64,000 bases of DNA from the NCBI RefSeq assembly GCF_036321535.1, contig NC_087457.1, forward strand, positions 26,164,001-26,228,000. Direction: 5' to 3'. Position 1 is the stretch's first letter; every line of letters starts with the position of its first letter. The DNA is from Camelus dromedarius (Eukaryota). The notes under the pieces were generated by a model. It saw only the letters and a program-made list of their open reading frames with translations, did no database searches and was not told where the DNA came from. Shown in pieces: positions 10,831-22,800 of the stretch. The position numbers were made by a program, and so were the translations under genes.

Positions 10831-13800
10831 TCTCCCACTGTGCAACTTGTCCTAGTGACTAACCGCTCAGGGCCTATGTTTCCGCGTCTGTAAAACGGGA
10901 ATAACAGCCCCACTTCGTAGGATTATGGTGATGTTTAAAGGATTACAGTTTAAAACTGTGCCTGGCGGGGAGGGAAGAATGTTGGCCACTGTTAGCATTA
11001 CGTCGTGTGGGTGGGTGCTCGAATTGTTTTGAAACAAACTATCCAACAAATGACTATTGAGTGCCTGCTATTTGCCAGATGATATATTCTAGTGACGTTT
11101 ACACTCTGGCTGGAAGTCAGTATTCTTATTTTCAAGACCCTGCTTGTTTTTGTAACACAAGCCAGAGACCATAAAGCTGAACTAAATCTCCGGCGGGGGC
11201 ACCAAGCTGCCGCTTGTTTTCTTAAAAGGGGCACTCCAGCCACGATGGGTCACGCCTTTTGTTTGTTTGTCTTTTTAATCAAAAAGGGTATACATGTAAA
11301 AAATAGGCTGCAAAACTGCTCTCTAAAATATTATTCTTCATGGATTCATTGGCAAATGTCTCACTGGTGGGGTCTGGAGTAGATTCAAGGCCCTGTCCTG
11401 TATGGAGGGGCCTCCGCTTGTCTCCATAAGTTCACACGTTCATGAGTTACACCTGGGCCGTGGGAAGACTGCCTGGGCAGAGTGCATTTGTAGATGCGGG
11501 CTGAGGGTGGACGGCAAGCCAAACGGCATAAGGTAAAAGCTGCAGCAGAACGGAGCCGGGAGGTGGTGTAAAGGAGATTAGACTTCAGGGGCTGATGGGG
11601 AAAATCAAAGACTCCGCAGTGGAGAGAAGGATTAGGAAAGAATATAGGGGCCTTGAAAGATCAGCCAGCAAGAGTTACACTTGATCTGATAGGCCAGTGG
11701 GTTTTTTTCTCTCCGCACCCCAACCCATAGATACACACGCATACATACATATATCATTTTTGCCTTTCAGACTCAAGAAATCTGTTCGCTTTCCTCCCTA
11801 AAACACACTAGTGTGCATACACCAAAAGTTTTACATGTTATCACGGAGGTTTCCATCTTTCCGCAGCCTCACCTTGCTGCTAGCCTAAGGTAAGAAGCTT
11901 GACCACTTTTTTGAGCACAGACAAAGCAAGAAATAGTGGAAAGAGTAGGTTAAGAAGTTATGGGATCTTTGTTTCTGGTCCTATTCCTTGGCTGTGTAAC
12001 GACTGGTGTCACATAACTTTTCTGAACCCCAGGATCATAAAATAAAGGCTGTAAAACTAACATCTGTTCTACTATTTTCTTTGGGTCTGAGAATCAAATC
12101 AGTGGTTTTCAAAGTGTGGTTCCTTGATCAGCTGCACCTGGAACTTGTCAGAAATGCAGTCTCCAGCCTTCCCAGGCTTACTGAATCTGCCCCCTCACCC
12201 CAGGGGTGGGGCCACACAGCCAGGCCTAACAAGCCCTCCAGGTGATTCTGATGCCTGAAGTTCGAGAACCACTGCTCTCGAAGAGTTTTCCAACTTTTGT
12301 TTAAACTGTAACTCACAGTAAAGATGTTTTACACCACAATGGGTACACACACATATGTGCGCAGACACATAACAAAAGGTTTATGAAAGCACTGTGTCCA
12401 GTGCAATCTTGTATTTTATATTCTTTTCTGTTTTCTTTTAAAAATTGCCGCTGGGGGGAACCTTAAAGGACATTATAGGGCAATTGGTAAAACTTGGATA
12501 TGGACTGTAGATTAGACAATGTCAGTGTTAGATTTCTTGGTTTGGGGAGTGTGCTGTGACTCTGTGAGATAATGCCCTCTTTCTTAGGAAAAACACACTG
12601 AAATATTTAGCGGTAAAGACTCACAGTGTCCCCAGTTTACCATACATGTGTACACACAGAAAGCCAATGAGACAAAATGTAAATTGTGACATGGGATTCA
12701 CTTCTACCTTAAGGACTGTTAAGGAGCTCAATGAGAAAATGTGTGTCAAAGAGCCAGGCTCAGGATGGAACCAGGGCCAAGGGCTTGATAAAGTTTTGTG
12801 TATGTTTCTTGCTTATTTCTGCAGAAAGTCAGCTGTTGCTGTGGTTTGGGACATCAGGGACAAGGATGACAGCAGGGTTAGTTGTCCGTGTCCCTGAGGG
12901 CAGAGAGCTGTGCTGTTTATACATAAGTGATATGGTTTGACTTATTAAAAAACAGAATTCAACGTGTGAGATATAGCTACGCTTTCCAGAAGGATTTTGC
13001 TGTAAACTGAATTTTGTCATGTGCACATTGTTAATGCAGCTAATGAGGAATGTAATTTGGAAATAAATGCTTGGAAGACGTGGCAAGTTACGGTGTTTTG
13101 CCCCAGTTGTTTTTATGCATTCCTAACTCTTGTGTGTTTTTGCTCTTTCATAGTGAGAGAAATTCAAGGAACACTGTAGGAAGAACACATTCCACAAAAG
13201 ATGTAAGTTATCTTTTTATAATATATTTTAATTGGCAACACACAGTAACATTGTATGGGAGACTTGGTAAGCTCAGTGTTTTATTGTAGGGGAAAAGTAA
13301 ACTCCTTTTCCTCCAGCTTTGTCCAGTATACTGCGGTTAACGTTTTGAACCTTTTTTTCCCCGGCTGCTGTTGGTTTTATTTTCACTGGGACAGTTGACA
13401 TCGTTGAAAAATTGTACAGTTTGCTGTATTTTGCTTTTTTCACTTACAGCCATCTCTCCACGTCGTTGCAGTTTTCAGCAGTTGTTTACAATTTCATAAT
13501 ATTCCATTTAGTTTTACCTTCACATTGTATTTTTACTGGGGGGTAGAGTCTTAGGAATAAATGAGTGTTAAAGGCGGGTTTCTTTAAGACTCTCCACCGC
13601 TCCTTTCACGTTCTCTTCCAGCGGCTTGGCCCCCAGGCACTGGTTTCTCCTTAGCAGCCTGTGCCTGGTGCCTGGGGGTGGGGACTGCTCCCGCTCCGGG
13701 GCCCCGGCCCCGCCCTGGGCTCTCTGTCTGGGCGGTCTCTGTCCGCCTGCTCCCCTGCCCCCTCCTCTTTACTCCCGCTGCCCCCGGCCCTAGCTTGCTC

Positions 13801-16800
13801 CTTCTTTGGGTGGGTTTCTTCAGCTTGCCTGTCTCCTCCCTCCTTTGGAAGGCAGCGGAGGCGCACTGGCCCCGGGGAGTGTGGATGGTGGGGCCCTGCC
13901 AGCCCCTCCTCCGCATCCTGCCCCCAGCAGTCCGTGAATAATCTTCCACAGAGGGTTTGTGAGTGGCAGTCTGTCCGTTTTATTCCATCTCCTGTGTATC
14001 TTCCAGAATCTCCTCATACTTACTGTCTTCCGTGCTGATGGCATTTTCCAGAGCCGCCACGGAGATTTTCCTCCCCTTCAGTGTGTTGTGGTCTTTTATG
14101 AGGGGAGCCGTCTTCGCGGGGCTTATGAGGATGCACTGTAAACCCGTGTGTCTCCTGCAGTCAGGAGTTGTCACCCCTGTGTGTCCTCAGAGCTGTTTAT
14201 GAACTTTCAGGTAAACGGTTGTATTTCTGGACAGAGGGCCCACCGCTCTCCTGGATCAGGCGTTGGTGACCTGCATTCTGTGACCAGGTCTAGCCTGCTC
14301 CCTGTTTGTACAGCCCTGCGAGCTACGGGTGGTTTTTATTTTACATTTTTAAATGACTGAAATAAAATCAAAAGAAGACTATCCTTTGACATGTGAAAAT
14401 ATGAAATTCAGGTTTCAAGATTTATAAATAAAGCTTTATTGCAACCCAGCCGAGCTTACTGCTGTCGCACTGGGATGGCTGAGCCGAGTAGACCCCACAA
14501 CAGAGCCTCCACGTCCTGCAAAGACTAATACACAGTTGCCCCTTGAACAGCGCAGGTTTGAACTATGTGGGTCCACTTATAACCCGGGTTATTTTCAGTA
14601 GTAAATCCTGTATGATCTGCAGCTGGTTGAAACCGCGGATGGGGAACTGTGGATGGAGGGCTGAGTCGCAGAAAGTCATACTGGGATGTTCAGCTGTGCG
14701 GAAGCTGGGCGCCTGTAACCACCTCGTTGTTCAATGGGCAACTGTATTTACTCACTGGTTTTTTATAGAAAAGTTTTCCAAGCCCTGCCTTGGATTATCC
14801 AAAGAACCTGTGCCCCCCGAAGTGTCATGGCTCTTGTCTTCACGCAGCAGTGGTAGCAGGCGTTTCATTTGTGATCTTCTTGTTTGCTGGGGCCAATTCA
14901 ATGACTTTGAACTTCATTTACTTTTAGAAAGCTGGCCAAAAGCACAAGCCTACTGATGTATTTGATTTTCCTGATGATTCTGATACCTCAAGTATCGGCA
15001 GGCCGGGTGAAAATGAGAAAGATGAAGAACCCTATGAAACCTTTGGTTAGTACCCTAAATCTTTATCCCAAAAACCTCAAAGTAGTTCAAGCAATAGCAC
15101 TCAGGCTAGTTACTGATAACAGTATAGAAATACCTTCACATATAAAAATGCGGTTGTGTACACATGAATATAATGGTCTGGGGAGTATGTGCTAATTTGA
15201 ACTAATTTTTCTCACTTCTAAGTGCATTGGAACTAAGAACTCTATGTTTATTAAACATAGTCAGAGTGGAACTGTCCCCGTAGCATTTGTCAACAAGCCA
15301 GCGGCAGTAGGACACCCAGCCCAGTGGTCTGTAACAAGAGGAATGTAAAAGGTAGTTCCCACTTCATACCTCCAGGAGAGTCACTCGGCAAGAGGTAGCA
15401 TGTCAGAATTTCCTTTTTGAAAATGTGGTGCATACGTTTATGTAGAGACCACATTTTGTGTGTCTGTTCACCTTGGGCTGCTTCTGCCTTCTGACTGTTA
15501 TGAACAATGCTGCAGTGAGCGTGGATGTGCACGCACGTTCCAGTCCTGCTTTCCCTTCTTTGGGGGCTATGTGTGCCCAAAAGTGGNNNNNNNNNNNNNN
15601 NNNNNNNNNNNNNNNNNNNNNNNNNNNNNNNNNNNNNNNNNNNNNNNNNNNNNNNNNNNNNNNNNNNNNNNNNNNNNNNNNNNNNNNNNNNNNNNNNNNN
15701 NNNNNNNNNNNNNNNNNNNNNNNNNNNNNNNNNNNNNNNNNNNNNNNNNNNNNNNNNNNNNNNNNNNNNNNNNNNNNNNNNNNNNNNNNNNCTAATGACG
15801 ACTGATGGGAGCATGATTTCAGTGTGCTTTTTGGCCATTNNNNNNNNNNNNNNNNNNNNNNNNNNNNNNNNNNNNNNNNNNNNNNNNNNNNNNNNNNNNN
15901 NNNNNNNNNNNNNNNNNNNNNNNNNNNNNNNNNNNNNNNNNNNNNNNNNNNNNNNNNNNNNNNNNNNNNNNNNNNNNNNNNNNNNNNNNNGAAGCATTAT
16001 GTCTAATAAAGTGTACATACCTTAATTAAAAAATACTTTATTGCTAAAAAAAATGCTCATCCTCTGACAGTGCAAGGTTGCCATAAAGCTTCAGTCTGTA
16101 AAAAGTGCGGTATCCGCAAAGTGTGAGGACGAGGTCTGCCTGTATCTTCAAAGAAGTGTCTGCTCAGATCCTTTACTCATTTTTAAGTTGGGTTATTTAT
16201 CGCTTTATTGTTGAGTAGTAAAAGTCCAGCTTGTACGAGATTCAGAATTGGTCTAGTTTTCTGTTTTTCCCTTGCCATGCACAGAAGTGAAGTAAATAAA
16301 CCCCTTTGCCTAGTTGAGGCGAGTACAAAGTATATTTCTAACTTTAAAATTGAGTAGCTGCTCTGTGCACTGTACAAGCAGCTGTCTACCTGCACACACG
16401 TTAAGCGTGTGCACTGGCCTGCAGTCTGAGCACAAAGAGATGGTTGCTTGGCTCTTACCAGGCGCCCCTCCTCCCCGCAAGGTCTCCACCCCGCCGTGAG
16501 CCCGCCGGGGTGCTGGGGCCTCTCCTGGGACTCCTGTCTCCTCAGCAGGTGGGAGCACCCTCATCCTCTTAGCAGCTCCTTTCTGGGTCTTTCCACCAAG
16601 GCCATTTGGTCTCCTCTCCTTTCTCTTCTTCATTCCGAGTTAACTTTCCGCTTAGCTACAGGCTGTAGCTGTGCAGAGGAAAGGGGAGAGGAGGCACTGG
16701 GGACTCTCCGCAAAGGGCCATCCATCAACCGTGTTGAGAGCCCGCCCTGCGCCAGGCACTCTGGGGGGTGACAGAGTCGGGGGAGCAGGCCAGGTACTCC

Positions 16801-19800
16801 AAACCTGAGAGTTGACAGTTAATGCAGCCGCCTCGCAGGTACACGTGTGACACGCCACCGGGCGGGGAGAGAGAGTGCCAGACCTCCTGTTATCGCCCAG
16901 CTCGTTAAAAAGCTTCCACATGATATACGAGCACAGTACGGTTCTAAGTGGTGACTGTGCATGTAGTTATGGGTGAAATGGTTTACACTTTTTGCCGTTG
17001 AGGTGTGAGATCAGAAGTAGCCTGTGTAATTGGTTTGGGTTTTGTTAGCCATTTAAACAAAGGTTGCTTTGTACTCCGATGTAAAGGAACAAACTTGAAT
17101 ATGGCCCAGACAGCCAGACTTCTAAAGTTGCCCTTTTTTCAAAAAAACCTTTTGTAGACCCTCCTTTACACAGCACTGCTATATATGCTGATGAAGAGGA
17201 ATTCTCCAAACACTGCGGGGCGTCGCTGCCCTCAACTCTTCCAGGAAAAGAAGCGAAAAGAAGGTATGAGCGTGTCTCCAGCAGACGTTTATTCGTGGTT
17301 AGTGGGGTTTCTGAGATGTTCTTTAAGAAAGAAGCTTATAAAACTAAGCTTTATAAAGATCTTTTGAGCCAGCTTATGTTTTTCCTCAAGAGAACTTGGA
17401 CATAAAAGAATTAATTTTTCAGTAATTGACATTACTTATAATCACTGTAACTGACACCTGATTATTCCTAGAGAGACGCCAGTGAAGGTGGTTTAGCGTT
17501 GAGGTAAAACGAGGAGGGCAAAGAGTTTATGAGCACAGCATTTTACAGGTGATTGTTGACAGGTTCCCTGTAACTTACAGATTACCTTGCAGCAAGAGAG
17601 ATGTTTTCTAGTGCAGAACAGAATAGGGGAGACAGGCTGATAATCACAAAGGAGATGGAGTCTGTTGGAAATTTCAGCTGTGTTGTCTCTAAGGAGATTT
17701 GGTTTGAGTTTGACAGATTTATGGGAGGGCGTGGGTCAGGTAAGTCGGGTAAAAACCACTGCCCAGAGACAACCCACCTAGCGAAGGCTCCTCAGTGGCT
17801 GTGGTGCTAATGATGAGTTACTAGCTAGAGCAAACCCTTTACTAGGTAATAGGCCAGTTCTAGTTACTGGCTATATTTTGACAGTAACAAAATGGTATTT
17901 TTGAAACGTTCCCCACTGGGGCAGAAATCGAGGTCCGGTGTCTCTGAGGGTCTCTGCCGTGGGGAAGCCTTATGGTACTTGGTTGTTTGGGAGACTAGTT
18001 TTTCTATGAGATGTTATTGAACATGGGTAACAAAAGCCAAATATTTGGAAAAACACACACTTCATTTTAAACAGTGGTGGCTGTAATTTTTCAAGAACTT
18101 TTTGAATAGGCAACACATTTGCGTGGTTTAAAAATATAAAATGGTTAATAACAGAGGCTTTGTCTCCTCTGAGCCGTCTCCCAGCTCCTGCACCCACTTC
18201 CTCCGTCTCCCCCCCATTAACCTCTCACATGGCTTCTTCACAGTTTCCTTGTGACACTGAAGTTCCACTTGAGTTCTAACCTTCCTTGAGGAGGCAGGAC
18301 GCCTTGCTCCCTGCCTTCCCCACGTCCTGCGTCTTGGAGACCTTCCACGTCAGCGCGTGGGGGGCTTTCTCATCCCACCCGCAGGTGCGGGGGTTCTCAA
18401 GTGTGGCCATCCCCGCGTTTACGTCCCCGGTCCTGTACGGACAGGCGGTTGGGTTGTTTCCCATCTTCTGCTGTCACCAGTTCCTGGTACATATGTATTC
18501 CACACACGTGCCTCTGTTTCTAGAGGATGTACGTTTAAAGGAAATCCTGGGTCAAACCAAATGTGCGTTTTAATTTTTGTAGTTATTGCCAGATTCCGAC
18601 CAGAATGGCATCAAACTTGGAGTTTTGCCAGGGTTGCCAGTGTGGTGGTGTTCAGACTAGTTCTGGTTTGTATTTTTCTTGTGATTGAGTTGAGTGGCAT
18701 CTCTTCATACTTTTTTTTTCCCTTCCAGTTTTATTGAGATATATTTTGACATACAGCACTGTATACTTTGGGGGGGGTAATTAGGTTTATTTATTTATTT
18801 TAATGGAGGTACTGGGGACTGAACCCAAGAACTCATGCTTGCTAGGCACTCTCTCTACCACTGAGCTCTACCCTCCCCGCCGCATCCCTTCATATATTTT
18901 AAAAGTTCTTGAATTTCTTTCTGCAAACTCTTTAGATCCTTTTTCCATTTTTCTAGAATTTGTCATTTTCTTCCTGACTTCTGTGACTTCATTTAGACAT
19001 TAGTGAAATTTACCCTATTTGTCAGACACCTCCTGGCTTGTGTAAATGGATTGATGATCGTGCCACTGAGTAAGATAGGCAGACCTAGGAGATGGGTAAC
19101 CCCTATCACCATGAGGCAATCATGAACTTGGTGCTCAGAAGTCAGGACTGTTGTGTACTTGGGTCTGGTGCCCAGAGGAGAGGGCTGAGCTGGACTTCAC
19201 ACCGAAGTGGTTCGATACAGGAGGTGTGGGGCTGTGGGCACGGGTGAGTGCTCACAGCGAGAGACAATGGCCTGGGAGAAGGCAGGACCAGAGGCCAACC
19301 CGCAAGAAAACCCAGCATCTACTGTTCAGGTGGAGGAGAAGGAGCTGGCAAAGGAGAGAGAAGACCAGTGGCTAGAAGGGAAAGAGGGAAACCAGAAGAG
19401 GGTGTGTTCACGGGAGTGGTGGGGGGAGGGAATGAGTGTTGTCAGGAGGATCAGATGCAGTTGAGAAGCAAGTCAGGGAAAGCCTGAACACACACATTGC
19501 GTTTAACAGTGTGGATGTTCAGTCATCTTGGTTTTGGGGGTTAATAAGGCCAAACAAAAAACATTTGGGTGAGTTAGACAGGGTTTGTGTATGGATACAG
19601 AAGGAAGTCTGGGCAGAAAAGAGCAGTGTTTTCGGAACTCAAGTGTCATAACCATCATCTCTGTCCTGATCCCCCAGCCGTGTGTCCCCATGTCCTCTGT
19701 CCAGTGCTTGCGAAGCCATCATTCTGCACTGTCTATGTGAACCCCTTAAAGGAAGGCTCCTAATTTTTCAAGTCATTTTATTCCCTGTACTCTGCACTTT

Positions 19801-22800
19801 GTGGTTAGTGTTAAATATTTGTTGTATTAAATTGCATGAAATAAATGAAAGAACTCTCATCAGAAGTTTAGGGTTTTTTTTTTTTTTTTTTTTTCCTTTT
19901 CAAAGGACCAAAGAAGGTAGGGCCTTTTATATCTGCTAAGGCTGGGCCTGCTCTCTGCAGACTAGCACAGATGATGGCCCGTACACCTGGGGCAGCGACA
20001 GGGAGGAAGGAGCAGTCCTCCGAAAGGACCGCAGCGTGCTGCAGTGGGACACTCATGTGCCTGCCGGCGTCAGACCAGGGTGGCCTTGGTGAGGGTGATG
20101 ACCCGTGACCCTGGGAAGGCGCAGGCCCGGCCGTGCGGGACAAGTGGGAAAGCTCCTTGTTAAATCAACCTTGTTTTCATGTTGGATGAGCAACTTTTAG
20201 GAGACATATGTGAATATAAATGAAATGTGTGCAAAATACTGATGGTTTGTTCTTTGGTACAGTTCAGGCACTTCTGAAACTGAAGCAAGTCAAAACGAGT
20301 CCGTAAGAATTAGTGCAAAAAAGGTATGTAGCTGTATTCTCCCTTCTATCTTAATCTGCAAGATACTTCATATCCTGTTTAGACTGGATGCAAGCAGAGG
20401 AAATGTTCTGTGAAACATTTCATATTCTGTTTGTATGTAAATAGAGAAAATACTCTGTAGCAACGTTTTTCATAAGAATATTATGTTTTAGAAGATACTT
20501 TTGAAATGAAAAGTGACATGTTTTTGACCTCAAATCTCTACGTACCCTGTCAGTTTTCATAGCGTTCACATAATGTGTCTAGACTGTGATTTACAGACGC
20601 AGAGTGATTTGTTGGCAGTATTGGTCTGGAGCTCCTTAATCTGAGTTTCTTGTCCTGCCCAGTAGTCAACGTTGCCGTCTTCCTGTGTGGTCAGTCTTGC
20701 AGTTCAGAGATGAGGAACGTGAACTTTATAGTTAGTGACTCACACGGTAGGGATGGTAAGCATTTGTGTTTTCTAAACAGTAATGCTGTTTTCTTGACAC
20801 AGCCAAGAAGAAAGCTCAGGCCCATTAGTGACGAATCTGAAAGCACTGAAGAAGGTGATGTAAGGAGAAAAGTTAAACCAGCAGGGAAGGTCAGCTCACA
20901 GAGACGTGAGGCTGCTTCGGCCACCGCTGCTTCCGAGCTTTCAGAGAAACCGGCTGGATCAGTCATTCCTAAAAAGACAGGACCCCTTGGTGCCGAGTCC
21001 TCTGTTGAAAAAGAGACCCTGGCAGCAGCAAGTCAGCCGGTAAGAGGGGCTGCCGTCCGCGCAGAGCAGAAGTTGACTGAAACTGTTTAGGAGGAAAATA
21101 TTTTCTCTTTCCTTCACTTCTTTTAAAAAATAAGTTTTATAATTTTCTTATTATAAAAATATGTCTATTTTAGAAAATTTGGAAGGTATGGAAAAGAAGA
21201 TAAAATCACCTACAATTCCATCACCCAGGGGGGTGAGTATAGCTCAGTGGTAGAGCACATGCTTAGCATGCGTGAGGTCCTGGGTTCAATCCCCTGTACC
21301 TGCATTAAAAAATTTTTTTAAATAAAGACTGTGTCCTTCCTCTGGGGCTTAAAAAAAAAAAATCTATCACCCAAAACTAACCACCACGTTTTTTGGTCCA
21401 TACTCTTCAGTCCTTTCACTGAGCTTGTCTCACCCTAAGTGGGACCACTTAGGTGTCAGCGAGTATTCTGCATACATTTTAATGAATGTGTGACATATTC
21501 ATGAATATGCCATAGTTTAATCTGGTATTAATGAACAACTGCAATTTTAAAAAATGTGAGTGCTTTGATGAATTTTTTTCTGACTAAATCTTTGCACATC
21601 TTGGCTCATTTCCTTAGGAAAAAAATTGCTACAATAAGATTTCTGGGTCATAAGTGTTCTGTCTATGATTCTTGACATATAATATTTTTTAATCAAGCTT
21701 TTAATATGTCTTAATATGTCAGCACCTTGATTTTGGCCCACTGAAATGGATTTCAGACATCTGAACTCCAGAACTGTCAGAGAAGAAATTTCTGTCGGCC
21801 ACCAAGTTGTGGTAATTCATTATAGCAGCCACAGGAAACGTAAACCACCACCCAGGGACTTTTCCTTTTCAGTAGCGTGCTTTTGGGTTTTACAGTTTGT
21901 AGAATTTCCTTTTTTTTCAGTTTCTATACACCATGCAATGACTTTTCCTTTTTAGTAATGTGCTTTTGGGTTCTACAATTTCTAGAATTTCCTTTTTTTA
22001 ATTGGCTGAGATTCCCTAAGACCATCCTTTCCTTCTTTAGACATATTTATGATAGCTGCTTTAAAGTCTTTGTTTTCCAAGTCTAGTACAGTCAGGTCTC
22101 TGTATCTGCAGGTTCCACACCCACAGATTCGACCAACTGCAATTAGACAATATTCAGAAAAGTTCCAGAAAGCAAGAGTTGAAATTGCCCTGCACCAGGA
22201 ACTATTTACGTAGCATTTACATTGTATTCACAGCTACTTATATAGTATTTACATCGCGTTAGGTATTATAAGTACTCTAGAGATGATTTAAAGTATACGG
22301 GAGGATGTGCGTAGGTTATATGCAAACGGCACCATTTTATATGAGACTTGCACATCAGCAGATTGTGGTACCTGTGGGGGATCCTAGAGCCATCTTCCTC
22401 GGATACCGAGGGACGACTGTATCCGGGTTTACTTCAGGGTCAGTTTCTTTTGAGTACTTTCTGTCTTAACTATAGGTCACTTTTTTCATGTGGTATTTTT
22501 AATCTAGTACTTTTTAATTGTGCTTTGAACGCTATTGTTGATGGGTTGTTGAGATTTTGAATTCTGTTTTGTTCTGAATGTTGACTTCCGTTCTAATGTG
22601 TGGCTTGACTGTCGGCTGGTCATCTTGAACTTGTGTAGGTGTGGTGTTAGCCTTTGTCAGCGTCGGTGTGTGGGAAGCCCAGGGTGTCTCCCAGGCCTCT
22701 CTCACTCTGGGAGGGACTCGGCTTCTGTATTCGTGTTCAGTTGCTGCAAAACAAAATACCACAAACTTTGTGACTTCAAACAACATACATTTATATCTCA

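Noticed and set aside
10213-10845. 210-aa antisense ORF over the CENPU promoter
   Set aside because: Arg/Pro/Ala/Gly-rich and stop-poor because of CpG-island composition. No homology.
15290-16025. Long ORFs rich in X (also at 1588-2161, 2815-3277, 9643-10138, 47434-47787, 48511-49030)
   Set aside because: They are open only because N gaps hide stop codons.
20650-20802. N-terminal extension of the ORF containing CENPU exon 6
   Set aside because: Intronic. The true acceptor is at 20801-20802 and phase continuity with exon 5 is exact.
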